Shown here in pieces: positions 7,123 to 17,930 of a stretch of 64,000 bases of DNA. Below the pieces are notes generated by a model. That model did no database searches. It was not told where the DNA came from and was given only the letters and a program-made list of their open reading frames with translations. The translations under genes were made by a program, and so were the position numbers. Each line of letters begins with the position of its first letter. Within the stretch, counting starts at the first letter, position 1. Source of the DNA: an uncultured Succinatimonas sp. (GTDB lineage Bacteria; Pseudomonadota; Gammaproteobacteria; Enterobacterales; Succinivibrionaceae); NCBI GenBank assembly GCA_900316375.1, contig ONCS01000014.1, positions 16,460-80,459 of the forward strand, written 5' to 3'.

Positions 7123-8976
7123 TTATAGAAGTTCTTCTAGAGGTTTTACATCATCGATCGTTATATCCTCGTCGTCAGGATCAACCTCTCCTGTCTTTTC
7201 TTTACCTGGTAGTGGTACATCTAAGATTGTAAGCAAGTCTTTTCTTTTACCCACAATAGGATCGAATAAAACTCCATATTGAGAGGATGTAGCAAAGATA
7301 TTATTAAGCTTTCGTAATAGCTTATTATCACTATCATGAACTACATTGATTTTGACTTTATCTAGGGCTTTATCCGTAGCCTTTCTTTGATTAAACTCGT
7401 AGATCTTGCGTCTTACCATCATGGATATGCTAGTAGCTAGTACTTGAAGGAATACCTTACCTTCTAATGTATCATCACGGTGTACACGGAATCTATTGCA
7501 TTTTAGGCGTGATTTCATGGTATTGAATGCAAGTTCAACTTGGTATCTGTTTTCATATGCGTTATAAGCTTCAATAGGATCTTTAACTGTATCAGAAATA
7601 AGAACACGTACCCCTCTATACTTACAAGCATCATTCATTTTAACCATATCAATGGTAACAGAGCCATCTTCTGCAACATTCATATATTGATCGACGTAGG
7701 CCTGCTCTGCAGCACAAAGAGTTTTGCCTTCTAAAATCTTACTTCTTACATTGATCACGTTAGCCTTTATCGTTGAATAATTGTTTTTGTAAATTTCTTC
7801 ATCATAGTAGAAGTGTAAGAATAGATTTGCTTTACCCTTATATTGCTTGCACTTGCCTTTAACAATGTAAGGATCATATTTCCAAGGGATCTCACGGGTA
7901 ACCACAGTTTGGTTCAAGTGGTAGACATGATTATTGACATCTAAAAGCTCATTGTAAACAGCATCAACTTCGTCTTGAATTGACTTTAGCTTAGTTGCAG
8001 GCATATTGAATAAGAAACTTAAACCGTTAGTTAAGCAGTCTTCAATATTTTTAGCCGATGGATAACCTCTATCAGCAACGTAGACTACATCCTTAGGAAG
8101 GCCTAAACGAGAGCTTTCAGCGATATAGCTTCTGATGGTTGATATATCAGGGACACAACCACAGAACTTCTTGTAATATAAAGGAAAACCGTGTGACTGC
8201 TCTGTAATAAGCATTAGATTAACTTGAGCTAAGTCATCGTCATCTTTGTTATGACCATACTCGGCATCAGATAGATACTTTGAATAGGTGCTGATTGAAG
8301 TAGAGTCTAAAGCCAAATACTTTGTTTTAAATTCACTTTTATCTTTAAAGTCTCTATCAAACTCCTCATTAACGTATTTAAAGAATTTGTCTACTTGCTC
8401 AAGTTTAATTCTCTTAACTAAACGTGATATCTCAGGGGATTCCATAGGTCGCTGAAAAGGCAGATAGGTGCACTCTGCAAACTCAGAATAGTTATATAAA
8501 GCGTTATCTCTTTCTATAACTAGGAAGTACGCAAGTGATAAAAGCTTCTTTGCATCATTACGATAAGGAAATGCTTTTTGCAGAGCTCTACCTAATGGAG
8601 ATAAAGCAACAATTTTACTTAAAGCATAGGTGGCTCCTGCATGAAGAGTTTTTGCCCCTCTTGGTTTATATAACGTTAAATCAGGCTCATCCTCACCAAC
8701 TCCAGGTTTAATGAATTTATAGTCAGTTTTTCTACCAGTACCTGTTCTGTAAACAAGTAATCCATCTAAATCAGGCCTTTTCTCTAAAAAGGTATCGTCA
8801 AAGGTGATAAGACCTGTATTTGGGTCAAACTTACCGATTTTAGTGGAGTTAGCTCGCTTGCATCTCTTTTTCTCTTCATCCCATACGTTCTTATAAGTCA
8901 TAACATAATACTGTTTGCCATTATTAGCAGATGAAATAAGTAGAGGCGGTAGTTTTGGCTCTTCATTATTTTTCAT
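7123..8976 (-). CDS. DDE transposase, IS1634/IS4 superfamily, 617 aa
   Basis: LALDSTS (D), YGHNKD, VYVADRGY (D), RYQVELAFNTMK (E); reading frame uninterrupted. Confidence 0.9.
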   Translation of the reverse strand: MKNNEEPKLPPLLISSANNGKQYYVMTYKNVWDEEKKRCKRANSTKIGKFDPNTGLITFDDTFLEKRPDLDGLLVYRTGTGRKTDYKFIKPGVGEDEPDLTLYKPRGAKTLHAGATYALSKIVALSPLGRALQKAFPYRNDAKKLLSLAYFLVIERDNALYNYSEFAECTYLPFQRPMESPEISRLVKRIKLEQVDKFFKYVNEEFDRDFKDKSEFKTKYLALDSTSISTYSKYLSDAEYGHNKDDDDLAQVNLMLITEQSHGFPLYYKKFCGCVPDISTIRSYIAESSRLGLPKDVVYVADRGYPSAKNIEDCLTNGLSFLFNMPATKLKSIQDEVDAVYNELLDVNNHVYHLNQTVVTREIPWKYDPYIVKGKCKQYKGKANLFLHFYYDEEIYKNNYSTIKANVINVRSKILEGKTLCAAEQAYVDQYMNVAEDGSVTIDMVKMNDACKYRGVRVLISDTVKDPIEAYNAYENRYQVELAFNTMKSRLKCNRFRVHRDDTLEGKVFLQVLATSISMMVRRKIYEFNQRKATDKALDKVKINVVHDSDNKLLRKLNNIFATSSQYGVLFDPIVGKRKDLLTILDVPLPGKEKTGEVDPDDEDITIDDVKPLEELL

Positions 8977-8984
8977 AAAATCAC

Positions 8985-9020
8985 CTATAATAGATACGTT
9001 ATATAACGTATCTATTATAG
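8985..9020. repeat. 36-bp perfect palindrome upstream of the transposase
   Basis: CTATAATAGATACGTTAT|ATAACGTATCTATTATAG, checked base by base. Confidence 0.95.
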
Positions 9021-9156
9021 TACATAAAAAGAAAGAATGCCAGCGTTAACTAGCATTCTTATGCGATTTTTAGCCTTTTAAACTTTTTTCAAAATTGCAA
9101 CGTATCTAGATTGTTCCAATTTGAGTTTTGACTATTAAAGAAGATACCTTATCTTT

Positions 9157-10251
9157 TTAGAAGGTATAGCGTGCACCTATGGTAAACTCAGTACCTCTAT
9201 CTAACTTACTATCTGAGTTTGCATCAAACTCAATTTCTGCCCAAGCCTTAAAGTTAGCATTAGCAGTGTATTTAACTTGCAAAGGAACTTTTCTTAAAGT
9301 TTGATCTTTTCTTTGATCCTTAAAGAAAGAGTTTTTGGTATTTTGATAGTTGTAGGCAGCATATACACCAATTCCATTATCAAAGCCATAACCACCGATG
9401 AACTCAGCACCTTTTCTCTTAAGCTCGGTATTCTTATTAGCAAGTTGCAAGTAGTCAAATTTTACTTTCTGTCCATAATATAAAGCAGATAGGTAAAGAC
9501 CATTAGCAGCAGATCCCCATGCAATAGAAGCTGCGCTATTGCGAGCATTCTTTAAAGAATTAACATATTCAGTGCCATCAGCCTTTTGATATCTATCATT
9601 TTGACCTTCTAAGTAGTTATAACCTACTTTAAAAGATAGAGGACCAAAGACAACATTATCAAAGGTATAACCTAAAGCACCTGAATAGCCACTATTTAAA
9701 TCATATTTTTTACCAAATACGCTTTGATTATCAGCTGCGATTTGAGCACCTATTGATAAGAACACACCATATGTATTTATGTCATAGCGGATAATACCAG
9801 TTCGACGATCACCATTTAAGCCAGTATCATTTTGAATATCTAAAGTTTCATATTGATCTGTAGCTGAGGTTACAGAACGAGTAGCATCAAAAGTTTTACC
9901 AGCTATTACACGTCCAAAATTACCAAAATCAACACCAACATATTGTTCACGAGATTTAATGTTATCACCTACATTTCTTTGGTGACCATCAGCTAAATCC
10001 CATTCTGTAAAGGCAAGAACTGAGATGTAATCATTAAGTTTAGTAGAACCTGCTAAATTTAAACGAGCAGAGTTTACAAGAGAGCTATCATGATCAGCTG
10101 CTTTATTTAGCTGACCATTAAAGAAAACTGATTGAACACGACCGCCTACAGCTAAAGTGGTACCATCTTTATCATATACAGTTGCGGCAATTGATGAGTT
10201 TGTAAATAAAGTTACTGATACAACAGCTAATGCTAAAAGTGACTTTTTCAT
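9157..10251 (-). CDS. Outer membrane porin (general diffusion porin-like)
   Basis: Signal peptide MKKSLLALAVV..AA, VYDKDGTTL N-terminus, amphipathic beta strands, C-terminal GARYTF with terminal Phe. Confidence 0.85.
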   Translation of the reverse strand: MKKSLLALAVVSVTLFTNSSIAATVYDKDGTTLAVGGRVQSVFFNGQLNKAADHDSSLVNSARLNLAGSTKLNDYISVLAFTEWDLADGHQRNVGDNIKSREQYVGVDFGNFGRVIAGKTFDATRSVTSATDQYETLDIQNDTGLNGDRRTGIIRYDINTYGVFLSIGAQIAADNQSVFGKKYDLNSGYSGALGYTFDNVVFGPLSFKVGYNYLEGQNDRYQKADGTEYVNSLKNARNSAASIAWGSAANGLYLSALYYGQKVKFDYLQLANKNTELKRKGAEFIGGYGFDNGIGVYAAYNYQNTKNSFFKDQRKDQTLRKVPLQVKYTANANFKAWAEIEFDANSDSKLDRGTEFTIGARYTF

Positions 10252-10418
10252 AAATATCCTTCCAAATTTTTCTAATTAAGTGATTATTTAAATTTCAGCA
10301 AGCTTTCTGTTTACTGAAGATGTGTTCATTAAACACCTTTACTTAAAAATAGTCTAATACTAATTTTTAATAGGTAGTTATAGTGATTAACTATAAAAAG
10401 ATTAGGCAAAAGAGGAAA

Positions 10419-10457
10419 AAAATTACGCTTAAGATCTCATTTTTAAGGCGTAATTTT
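10419..10457. repeat. Terminator-like inverted repeat at the left edge of oriC
   Basis: AAAATTACGC (10419-10428) / GCGTAATTTT (10448-10457), with inner TTAA pairing. Confidence 0.7.
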
Positions 10458-10479
10458 GTACAATAAGCAACGTTTAAAA

Positions 10480-10810
10480 CTTGTAGGAAAAGTGTTAAAA
10501 ACTGTGGGAAAAAGTTTGGAAAAAATTTGGTCTAAATATAACTAAATTTTATGCTGTTGATAACTTGCCATTTTTCCACAATAAACAAATTCAAAACTAC
10601 AACTTTTAAAAAGAAAAATTTTTTAATAATTTATTGAAATATAAAAAGAAAATTCAAAAACAACAGTTTTTGCGTTACTAATAATAACAATAATAAAGAA
10701 ATATATATTAATAGATTAATAGATCTTTATTAATAATTAACTTTTCAATTTCGGTGGAAAAGTTTGAAACTCAGTTTATAAAAGATCACGATCTTTAAAT
10801 CTTGATCTGA
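10480..10810. other. Probable chromosomal replication origin oriC
   Basis: Lies immediately upstream of mnmG-rsmG-parAB-atp. DnaA-box matches at 10503, 10515, 10555, 10572 (perfect TTWTNCACA) and 10753; TAA/CAA trinucleotide run 10679-10696; very AT-rich 10590-10745 with GATCTTTATTAAT at 10722; GATC at 10722, 10784, 10790, 10804. Flanking genes point away from it. Confidence 0.78.
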
Positions 10811-10824
10811 GGTTTTAATAAAAA

Positions 10825-12711
10825 ATGAATAACTCACGAAATTTTGATGTCATCGTTATTGGTGCAGGTCACGCTGGTATTGAAGCTGCTGCGGCTTCTG
10901 CTCGTATGAAATGCAAGACCCTACTTTTAACTCATAATTTAGAGACTGTAGGCGAGATGTCTTGTAATCCAGCTTTCGGCGGTATTGGTAAAGGACATCT
11001 AATTAAAGAAATTGATGCTATGGGCGGTGTATGTCCTGGTGCTATTGATCAAGCAGGTATTCAGTTTAGAACCTTAAACTCATCTAAAGGTCCAGCTGTT
11101 CGTGCAACTCGTGCCCAAACTGATAGACACCTATATAAAGAGGTGATGAGAAAGACCTTATGGAACTATGAGTATTTAACTATTTTCCAGCAACCTGCAA
11201 CCGAGATCATCTATAAAGATGGCTGTATTTGTGGTGTAAAGACAGCTGCTAACTTTGATTTTTACTGCAAAGCTGTAATTATCTGCGCAGGTACCTTCTT
11301 AAATGGTTTAATTCATATTGGTCTTGAGCACTACTCTGGCGGTCGTGCAGGTGATCCTGCATCTATTAAGCTTGCTGAAAACTTAAAAGAATTAGGTTTA
11401 AAGGTAGGTCGTTTAAAGACCGGAACTCCTGCTAGAATTCTAGCAAGCTCTATTGATTACTCTAAGATGACAAGACAAGAGCCAGAGTATCCACAGCCAG
11501 CTTTCTCATTTTTAAATGAAGAGAAGATCCATCCAACTCAAGTACCTTGCTGGATCACTTCAACTAATGAAAAGACTCATGACATCATTCGAGGTGGTTT
11601 AGACAGAAGTCCTTTATATTCAGGTATTATTCATTCAGTTGGTCCTCGTTACTGCCCTTCTATTGAAGATAAGATTGTGCGTTATCCTGATAGACCTTCT
11701 CATCATGTATTTATTGAGCCTGAAGGATTAACCTCACCTTTAGTTTATCCAAATGGTATTTCTACATCATTACCATTTGATGTGCAGGAGAACTTTATTC
11801 ACTCAATCGTTGGTTTAGAAAATGCTGTAATTGCACGTCCTGGCTATGCTATTGAGTATGATTTCTATGATCCTCGTGAACTTTCTGTATCTATGCAGTC
11901 TAAGAAAGTACCAGGTTTATTCTTAGCAGGACAAATTAACGGTACCACTGGTTATGAAGAGGCTGCAGCTCAAGGCTTACTAGCAGGTATTAACGCTGGT
12001 CTTTATATTAAAGGTCAAAAGCCTTGGTTCCCAAGACGTGATGAGGCTTATGTAGGTGTGCTAATGGATGATCTATGTACCTTAGGTACTAAAGAGCCTT
12101 ACCGTATGTTTACATCTCGTGCTGAGTACCGCTTAATTCTTCGTGAGGATAATGCTGATATTCGTTTAACTCCTAAGGCAAGAGAATTAGGTATTATCTC
12201 TGATGAGCGTTGGAAGCAATTTGAAGATAAACAAAATCAAATTGAAAAAGAAAAAGCTCGTCTTCGTGAGACAAGCGTAAAGCCATCTTCAGATATGGGT
12301 AAAGGTATTAACACTATTTTAAAAGCTAACCTATCTCAAGAACAGACTTTAGAAGAGATCTTACGTCGTCCTGAAGTTAAACTTCCAAACTTAGTAGAAG
12401 CTGCTAAACTTGAACCTATTGCTAAGAAAGAACAAGCAATTGAGCAAGTTGAAATTCAGGTAAAATATCAAGGTTATCTACAAAGAGAGCTTGAAGATAT
12501 TAAGAAAAAGCGTGTAAACGAGCAAACTTTATTACCTCTAAACTTTGATTATAAAGAGATCTCTGCTTTATCTAATGAGGTTGCTCAAAAGCTTAATGAG
12601 TACAAGCCTGAAACTATCGGTATGGCATCAAGAATTTCTGGTGTAACTCCTGCTGCGATTTCAATTTTACTTGTTCATCTAAAAAAGATGAATTTACTTG
12701 GAAAGAACTAA
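10825..12711 (+). CDS. mnmG: tRNA uridine 5-carboxymethylaminomethyl modification enzyme MnmG (GidA)
   Basis: [11 protein letters not shown] motif, [36 protein letters not shown]. Confidence 0.98.
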   Translation: MNNSRNFDVIVIGAGHAGIEAAAASARMKCKTLLLTHNLETVGEMSCNPAFGGIGKGHLIKEIDAMGGVCPGAIDQAGIQFRTLNSSKGPAVRATRAQTDRHLYKEVMRKTLWNYEYLTIFQQPATEIIYKDGCICGVKTAANFDFYCKAVIICAGTFLNGLIHIGLEHYSGGRAGDPASIKLAENLKELGLKVGRLKTGTPARILASSIDYSKMTRQEPEYPQPAFSFLNEEKIHPTQVPCWITSTNEKTHDIIRGGLDRSPLYSGIIHSVGPRYCPSIEDKIVRYPDRPSHHVFIEPEGLTSPLVYPNGISTSLPFDVQENFIHSIVGLENAVIARPGYAIEYDFYDPRELSVSMQSKKVPGLFLAGQINGTTGYEEAAAQGLLAGINAGLYIKGQKPWFPRRDEAYVGVLMDDLCTLGTKEPYRMFTSRAEYRLILREDNADIRLTPKARELGIISDERWKQFEDKQNQIEKEKARLRETSVKPSSDMGKGINTILKANLSQEQTLEEILRRPEVKLPNLVEAAKLEPIAKKEQAIEQVEIQVKYQGYLQRELEDIKKKRVNEQTLLPLNFDYKEISALSNEVAQKLNEYKPETIGMASRISGVTPAAISILLVHLKKMNLLGKN

Positions 12712-12712
12712 T

Positions 12713-13381
12713 ATGCATAAACAAACTACTAGCGCTGAGAAGAGCTCGATTTTAGCTTTAATCAAAGATTTAATGTCTAAAACAGAAGTTGTTTATACTG
12801 AAGAACAATTAGACAAATTAGCAACTTTAGTTTGTCTTTTAAGTCAATGGAATAATGCTTTAAATTTAACTGCCATTCGCGATCCAAAGCAGATGGTAGT
12901 AAAGCATATTTTAGATAGCGCTGTAGTTTCACCTTTAATTCAAAATAAAGGAAATAATATTGCAGATGTGGGAACAGGTGCAGGTTTTCCAGGTCTAGTT
13001 CTTGCTATACTAAATCCACAAATACATTTTACTTTAATTGATTCTATAGCTAAGAAATTGTCTTTTGTAAGAACAGCTATGGTTTCATTAAAATTACAAA
13101 ACGTAACTATCATCAATGATCGCTGCGAAAACATCAAACCTGAAAATAAGTTTGATTGTATTTTAAGTAGGGCCTTTGCACCTTTATCTAAAATTGTTGA
13201 ATGGTGCCAAGATCTAATTGCAGCAAATGGTGAATTCATCTGTATGAAGGCAAATCTTGAAGAAGATGAATTAAGATCTTTACAAGATTTTGCAAAAATA
13301 GAAGAAACAATTGAATTAAAAGTACCTTCATTAGATGAAAAAAGACAAGCAGTGATCTTGAAGTTACATACTACTTTATAG
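12713..13381 (+). CDS. rsmG: 16S rRNA m7G527 methyltransferase RsmG (GidB)
   Basis: NLTAIR, HILDS, DVGTGAGFPG, SRAF. ATG at 12713 preferred over the track TTG at 12698. Confidence 0.95.
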   Translation: MHKQTTSAEKSSILALIKDLMSKTEVVYTEEQLDKLATLVCLLSQWNNALNLTAIRDPKQMVVKHILDSAVVSPLIQNKGNNIADVGTGAGFPGLVLAILNPQIHFTLIDSIAKKLSFVRTAMVSLKLQNVTIINDRCENIKPENKFDCILSRAFAPLSKIVEWCQDLIAANGEFICMKANLEEDELRSLQDFAKIEETIELKVPSLDEKRQAVILKLHTTL

Positions 13382-13391
13382 GATTTTAAAA

Positions 13392-14159
13392 GTGACAAAA
13401 GTAATTGCAATTGCCAATCAAAAAGGTGGTGTTGGCAAGACAACTACCTGCGTAAATTTAGCTGCCTCTCTTGCAGCTATGCAAAAGAAGATTTTAGTTG
13501 TAGATTGCGACCCTCAAGGTAACGCAACTATGGCTTCAGGTGTTTTAAAGTTTGGTCTTGAAAAATCAATTACCAACGTTTTAATCGATGGTTTAGATAT
13601 AAAAGAAGCTGTTGTTACCGAAACTGAAGGTGGTTTTCATCTAATTCCTTCAAATGAAGATTTAACTGCAGCTGAAGTTAATTTATTAGATAAATTTGGT
13701 CGTGAAAACTTTTTAAATAAGGCTTTAAATACCATTAAAGACAATTACGACTTTGTATTTATTGATTGTCCTCCATCTTTAAATATTCTTACAGTTAATG
13801 CTCTATGTGCAGCAGACTCAATCTTAGTTCCTCTACAGTGTGAGTACTTTGCACTAGAAGGTTTAACCTTGTTAATTGAGACTGTTGATCAGTTAGCATC
13901 TGCTGTAAACTCAAAATTAAAGATTGAAGGTATCTTGCGTACTATGTTTGATAATCGTAATCGCTTATCAACTGACGTATCAGAAGAACTTAAAAAGAAT
14001 TTTGGTGACTTAGTCTACGAGACTATTATTCCTAGAAATGTAAGATTAGCTGAGGCCCCAAGTTATGGTAAGCCTGCTATGTATTACGATAAATCATCAG
14101 TTGGCTCAAAAGCTTATTTAGCACTAGCAGCTGAAATTATTTCAAAGGCTAACAAATAG
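13392..14159 (+). CDS. parA: Chromosome partitioning ATPase ParA/Soj
   Basis: NQKGGVGKTT deviant Walker A, DCDPQGNAT, IDCPPSL, RNVRLAEAPSYG. Confidence 0.96.
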   Translation: MTKVIAIANQKGGVGKTTTCVNLAASLAAMQKKILVVDCDPQGNATMASGVLKFGLEKSITNVLIDGLDIKEAVVTETEGGFHLIPSNEDLTAAEVNLLDKFGRENFLNKALNTIKDNYDFVFIDCPPSLNILTVNALCAADSILVPLQCEYFALEGLTLLIETVDQLASAVNSKLKIEGILRTMFDNRNRLSTDVSEELKKNFGDLVYETIIPRNVRLAEAPSYGKPAMYYDKSSVGSKAYLALAAEIISKANK

Positions 14160-14168
14160 GATTTTTAA

Positions 14169-15122
14169 ATGGCAGGATTAGGTCGTGGTTTAGGATCTTT
14201 ACTTGGTGAACAAAAGAAGATCCAAGAAGAGCGTAAAAAGGAGTCTGTAATACAGACTACTGCTCCTGTTGAAGAACAAGCTCAAGTTGCAGAGCCTAAA
14301 GTAGAGATTATTGCTCCTGAAAATTCAGTTGTAGAACTTCCAACTGCGCAATTAAGAGCATCAATTTATCAGCCAAGACAGAATTTTGATGAAGATAGCT
14401 TAAAAGAGTTGTCATTATCTATTCAAGAGCATGGTCTTTTAGAGCCTTTATTAGTTAAAAAAGCTGAAGATGGATTTTATGAGATCATTTGCGGTGAAAG
14501 ACGTTATAGAGCTTGTAAGCTAGCTTCTTTAGAGAAGATCCCTTGCTTAATTCGTGATGATCTTGAAGTAAACAGCTATGCTGTGGCTTTAATTGAAAAT
14601 ATTCAACGTGAGGATTTAAATCCTGTTGAATTAGCTAAAGCTTTTGCTTTAATGATTGATGAATGTAATTTAAGCCAAGAAGAGCTTGCTAAGACTTTAG
14701 GTAAATCTAGATCATCTGTTACTAATATTTTAAGAATTAACAATCTTCAAGAAGATGTTAAAAATATGGTGGCAGCAGGTCAATTAGATTTAGGTCATGC
14801 TAAGGTTTTATTAGCGCTTGAAGATGGAGAAGTTCAGTTAAAGGCTGCCTTATATGTAATTAAGAAGTCTTTATCTGTAAGACAGACTGAAGCTTTAGTT
14901 AAAGATATTAAAGAAAACGGCACTGATTCTTTTGAAAAGAAAGAAAAGGTAAGCTATAACAATGAAAACTTTAATAACTGGGAAAAAGACTTAAGCTCAA
15001 AGCTCTCTGGCGTTAAAGTTAAATTTAAAGCTGTAAGCGATGATAAAGGCAAGGTTACCTTGTCATACTCTTCTAAGGAAGAATTAGAAGAGATCTTAAA
15101 GTGCTTCTCATTAGAGAGTTAA
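14169..15122 (+). CDS. parB: Chromosome partitioning protein ParB/Spo0J
   Basis: GLGRGL N-terminus, YQPR, GERRYRA, ALIENIQREDLNPVE, HTH region. Confidence 0.95.
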   Translation: MAGLGRGLGSLLGEQKKIQEERKKESVIQTTAPVEEQAQVAEPKVEIIAPENSVVELPTAQLRASIYQPRQNFDEDSLKELSLSIQEHGLLEPLLVKKAEDGFYEIICGERRYRACKLASLEKIPCLIRDDLEVNSYAVALIENIQREDLNPVELAKAFALMIDECNLSQEELAKTLGKSRSSVTNILRINNLQEDVKNMVAAGQLDLGHAKVLLALEDGEVQLKAALYVIKKSLSVRQTEALVKDIKENGTDSFEKKEKVSYNNENFNNWEKDLSSKLSGVKVKFKAVSDDKGKVTLSYSSKEELEEILKCFSLES

Positions 15123-15127
15123 ACAAA

Positions 15128-15538
15128 ATGTATATAGACAAAAAGAGCCTTTCTAGATACATAATTCTTTTTGTTCTATATACATCTATCCTTCTTGTAT
15201 ACACCTTTTTTACTACTCAAAATTACTTATTAAATATTATTTCATTTGTGAATGGAAGTGGTATTTTTTTTATAATTTCTCTAGTATATTTCTATCTAGC
15301 TAATCGGCATAAAAACTCTAAAATGTTAACCTCTGGATATGTAATATATGAGGTTATTTATGCCTTTTTCCTAAAATTTTTACTACTAATTTTGTTGTTT
15401 TTGATCTCCTTCAAACTCTTTAACTTGAATGACAAAATTGTAATTATTTCATTTGTAATTTTTGTATTTTCACGTATATTCATATACTTAGTAGATTGTA
15501 TATACGGAAAAAATTCTCACTTAAAAGAACAAAATTAA
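15128..15538 (+). CDS. atpI: Probable ATP synthase protein I
   Basis: Small four-helix hydrophobic protein in the atpI position between parB and atpB; sequence very divergent and AT-rich. ATG at 15128 preferred. Confidence 0.6.
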   Translation: MYIDKKSLSRYIILFVLYTSILLVYTFFTTQNYLLNIISFVNGSGIFFIISLVYFYLANRHKNSKMLTSGYVIYEVIYAFFLKFLLLILLFLISFKLFNLNDKIVIISFVIFVFSRIFIYLVDCIYGKNSHLKEQN

Positions 15539-15549
15539 AGATTTTGTTT

Positions 15550-15578
15550 TTGACAATGTGACGTAATAGTCGTATTTT
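15550..15578 (+). promoter_or_regulatory. Candidate sigma70 promoter between atpI and atpB
   Basis: TTGACA (15550-15555), 17-bp spacer, TATTTT (15573-15578). Confidence 0.55.
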
Positions 15579-15637
15579 GCTTCTGATAGGTGATTGGTTT
15601 ACAAAAGTAAAATTTTGTAGCTTTATTTAAAAACTAA

Positions 15638-16861
<1,224 letters not shown>

Positions 16862-16897
16862 TAGACAACAGTTCAAACTAATTTAGAGGTATCTAGA

Positions 16898-17368
16898 TTG
16901 GAAATTAATGCAACATTTGTAGGTCAAGCAGTTGCTTTCCTAATCTTTGCTGTGCTTTGCATGAAATATGTATGGCCTCCATTGATGAATGCTCTTGAAA
17001 AGAGACAAAAGGAAATTGCTGACGGCTTAACCGCAGCTGAAAAAGCTAAAAAGAGCTTAGAACTAGCTAACGAAAATGCAGCTCAAACTGTTCGTGATGC
17101 TAAGGCTCAAGCTCAGAAGATCATTGAAGAAGCAAACAAAACTAGATCTCAAATTATCGATAAGGCTTCAGAAGAGGCCCAAGCTGAGCGTAAAAAGATC
17201 CTTGATTTAGCTAAGAGTGAAATCGAAGCTGAAAAGAATAAAGCTCGCGAAGATTTAAGATCTGAGGTTATTTCTTTAGCTGTTGCTGGCGCTGAGAAGA
17301 TCATCGATCAGAAAATTGATGAGAAAACAGATTCAGCTATGCTTAAGAAAATTACCGATTTGCTTTAG
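16898..17368 (+). CDS. atpF: F0 ATP synthase subunit b
   Basis: [37 protein letters not shown]. Confidence 0.96.
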   Translation: MEINATFVGQAVAFLIFAVLCMKYVWPPLMNALEKRQKEIADGLTAAEKAKKSLELANENAAQTVRDAKAQAQKIIEEANKTRSQIIDKASEEAQAERKKILDLAKSEIEAEKNKAREDLRSEVISLAVAGAEKIIDQKIDEKTDSAMLKKITDLL

Positions 17369-17384
17369 TTAAAGAGGTATCGTA

Positions 17385-17915
17385 ATGGCTGAAAATTTGA
17401 CTGTTGCAAGACCTTATGCTCAAGCTGCTTTTGATGTAGCACTTGAGGCCAACAATTTAGATGGATGGCAGAATCTACTTGAGGCTATGTCTATTGCATG
17501 TAAGGATCAATACTTCATGGATAGCCTAAAGTTAGCTCCTAATCCTCAAATTGCAGCTGACAGTCTAATTTCGTTGTTAAAAGACCTTGTAGATGAAGGT
17601 GGTAAAAACTTCATTAAAGTGATTGGTGAAAACAATCGTTTTGAAGTTATCCCTGAGATCTTCGAAGAATTTGTCAGATTGAGAGATAAGCACGATAAGT
17701 GCTTAGAATGCACTCTTATTTCTGCACGAGCTTTTTCTGATAGCGAAATAGAATCACTTAAGGATAAGCTAGCTAAAAAATACGATGCTAAGGTTGTTAT
17801 TTCTTCAAAGATTGATAAAACCTTAATTGGTGGTGCAATCTTAAAGATTGGCGATAAGGTAATCGATGCTAGTGTCAAGACAAGCTTAACTAACTTGTCT
17901 ACAACCCTCAGATAA
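17385..17915 (+). CDS. atpH: F1 ATP synthase subunit delta
   Basis: TVARPYAQAAF, LIGGAILKIGDKVIDASV. Confidence 0.95.
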   Translation: MAENLTVARPYAQAAFDVALEANNLDGWQNLLEAMSIACKDQYFMDSLKLAPNPQIAADSLISLLKDLVDEGGKNFIKVIGENNRFEVIPEIFEEFVRLRDKHDKCLECTLISARAFSDSEIESLKDKLAKKYDAKVVISSKIDKTLIGGAILKIGDKVIDASVKTSLTNLSTTLR

Positions 17916-17930
17916 AAAAGAGGACAAATA

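Larger units (their letters stand above)
7042..9125 (-). mobile_element. Insertion sequence, IS1634-like (IS4 superfamily), 2084 bp
   Basis: Perfect 14-bp terminal inverted repeats CTCAAATTGGAACA (7042-7055) / TGTTCCAATTTGAG (9112-9125) enclosing one DDE transposase ORF. No flanking direct repeat seen. Confidence 0.88.

Noticed and set aside
12940-13443. 167-aa minus-strand ORF
   Set aside because: Antisense to rsmG/parA; no SD or motif.
17546-17878. 110-aa minus-strand ORF
   Set aside because: Antisense shadow of atpH.
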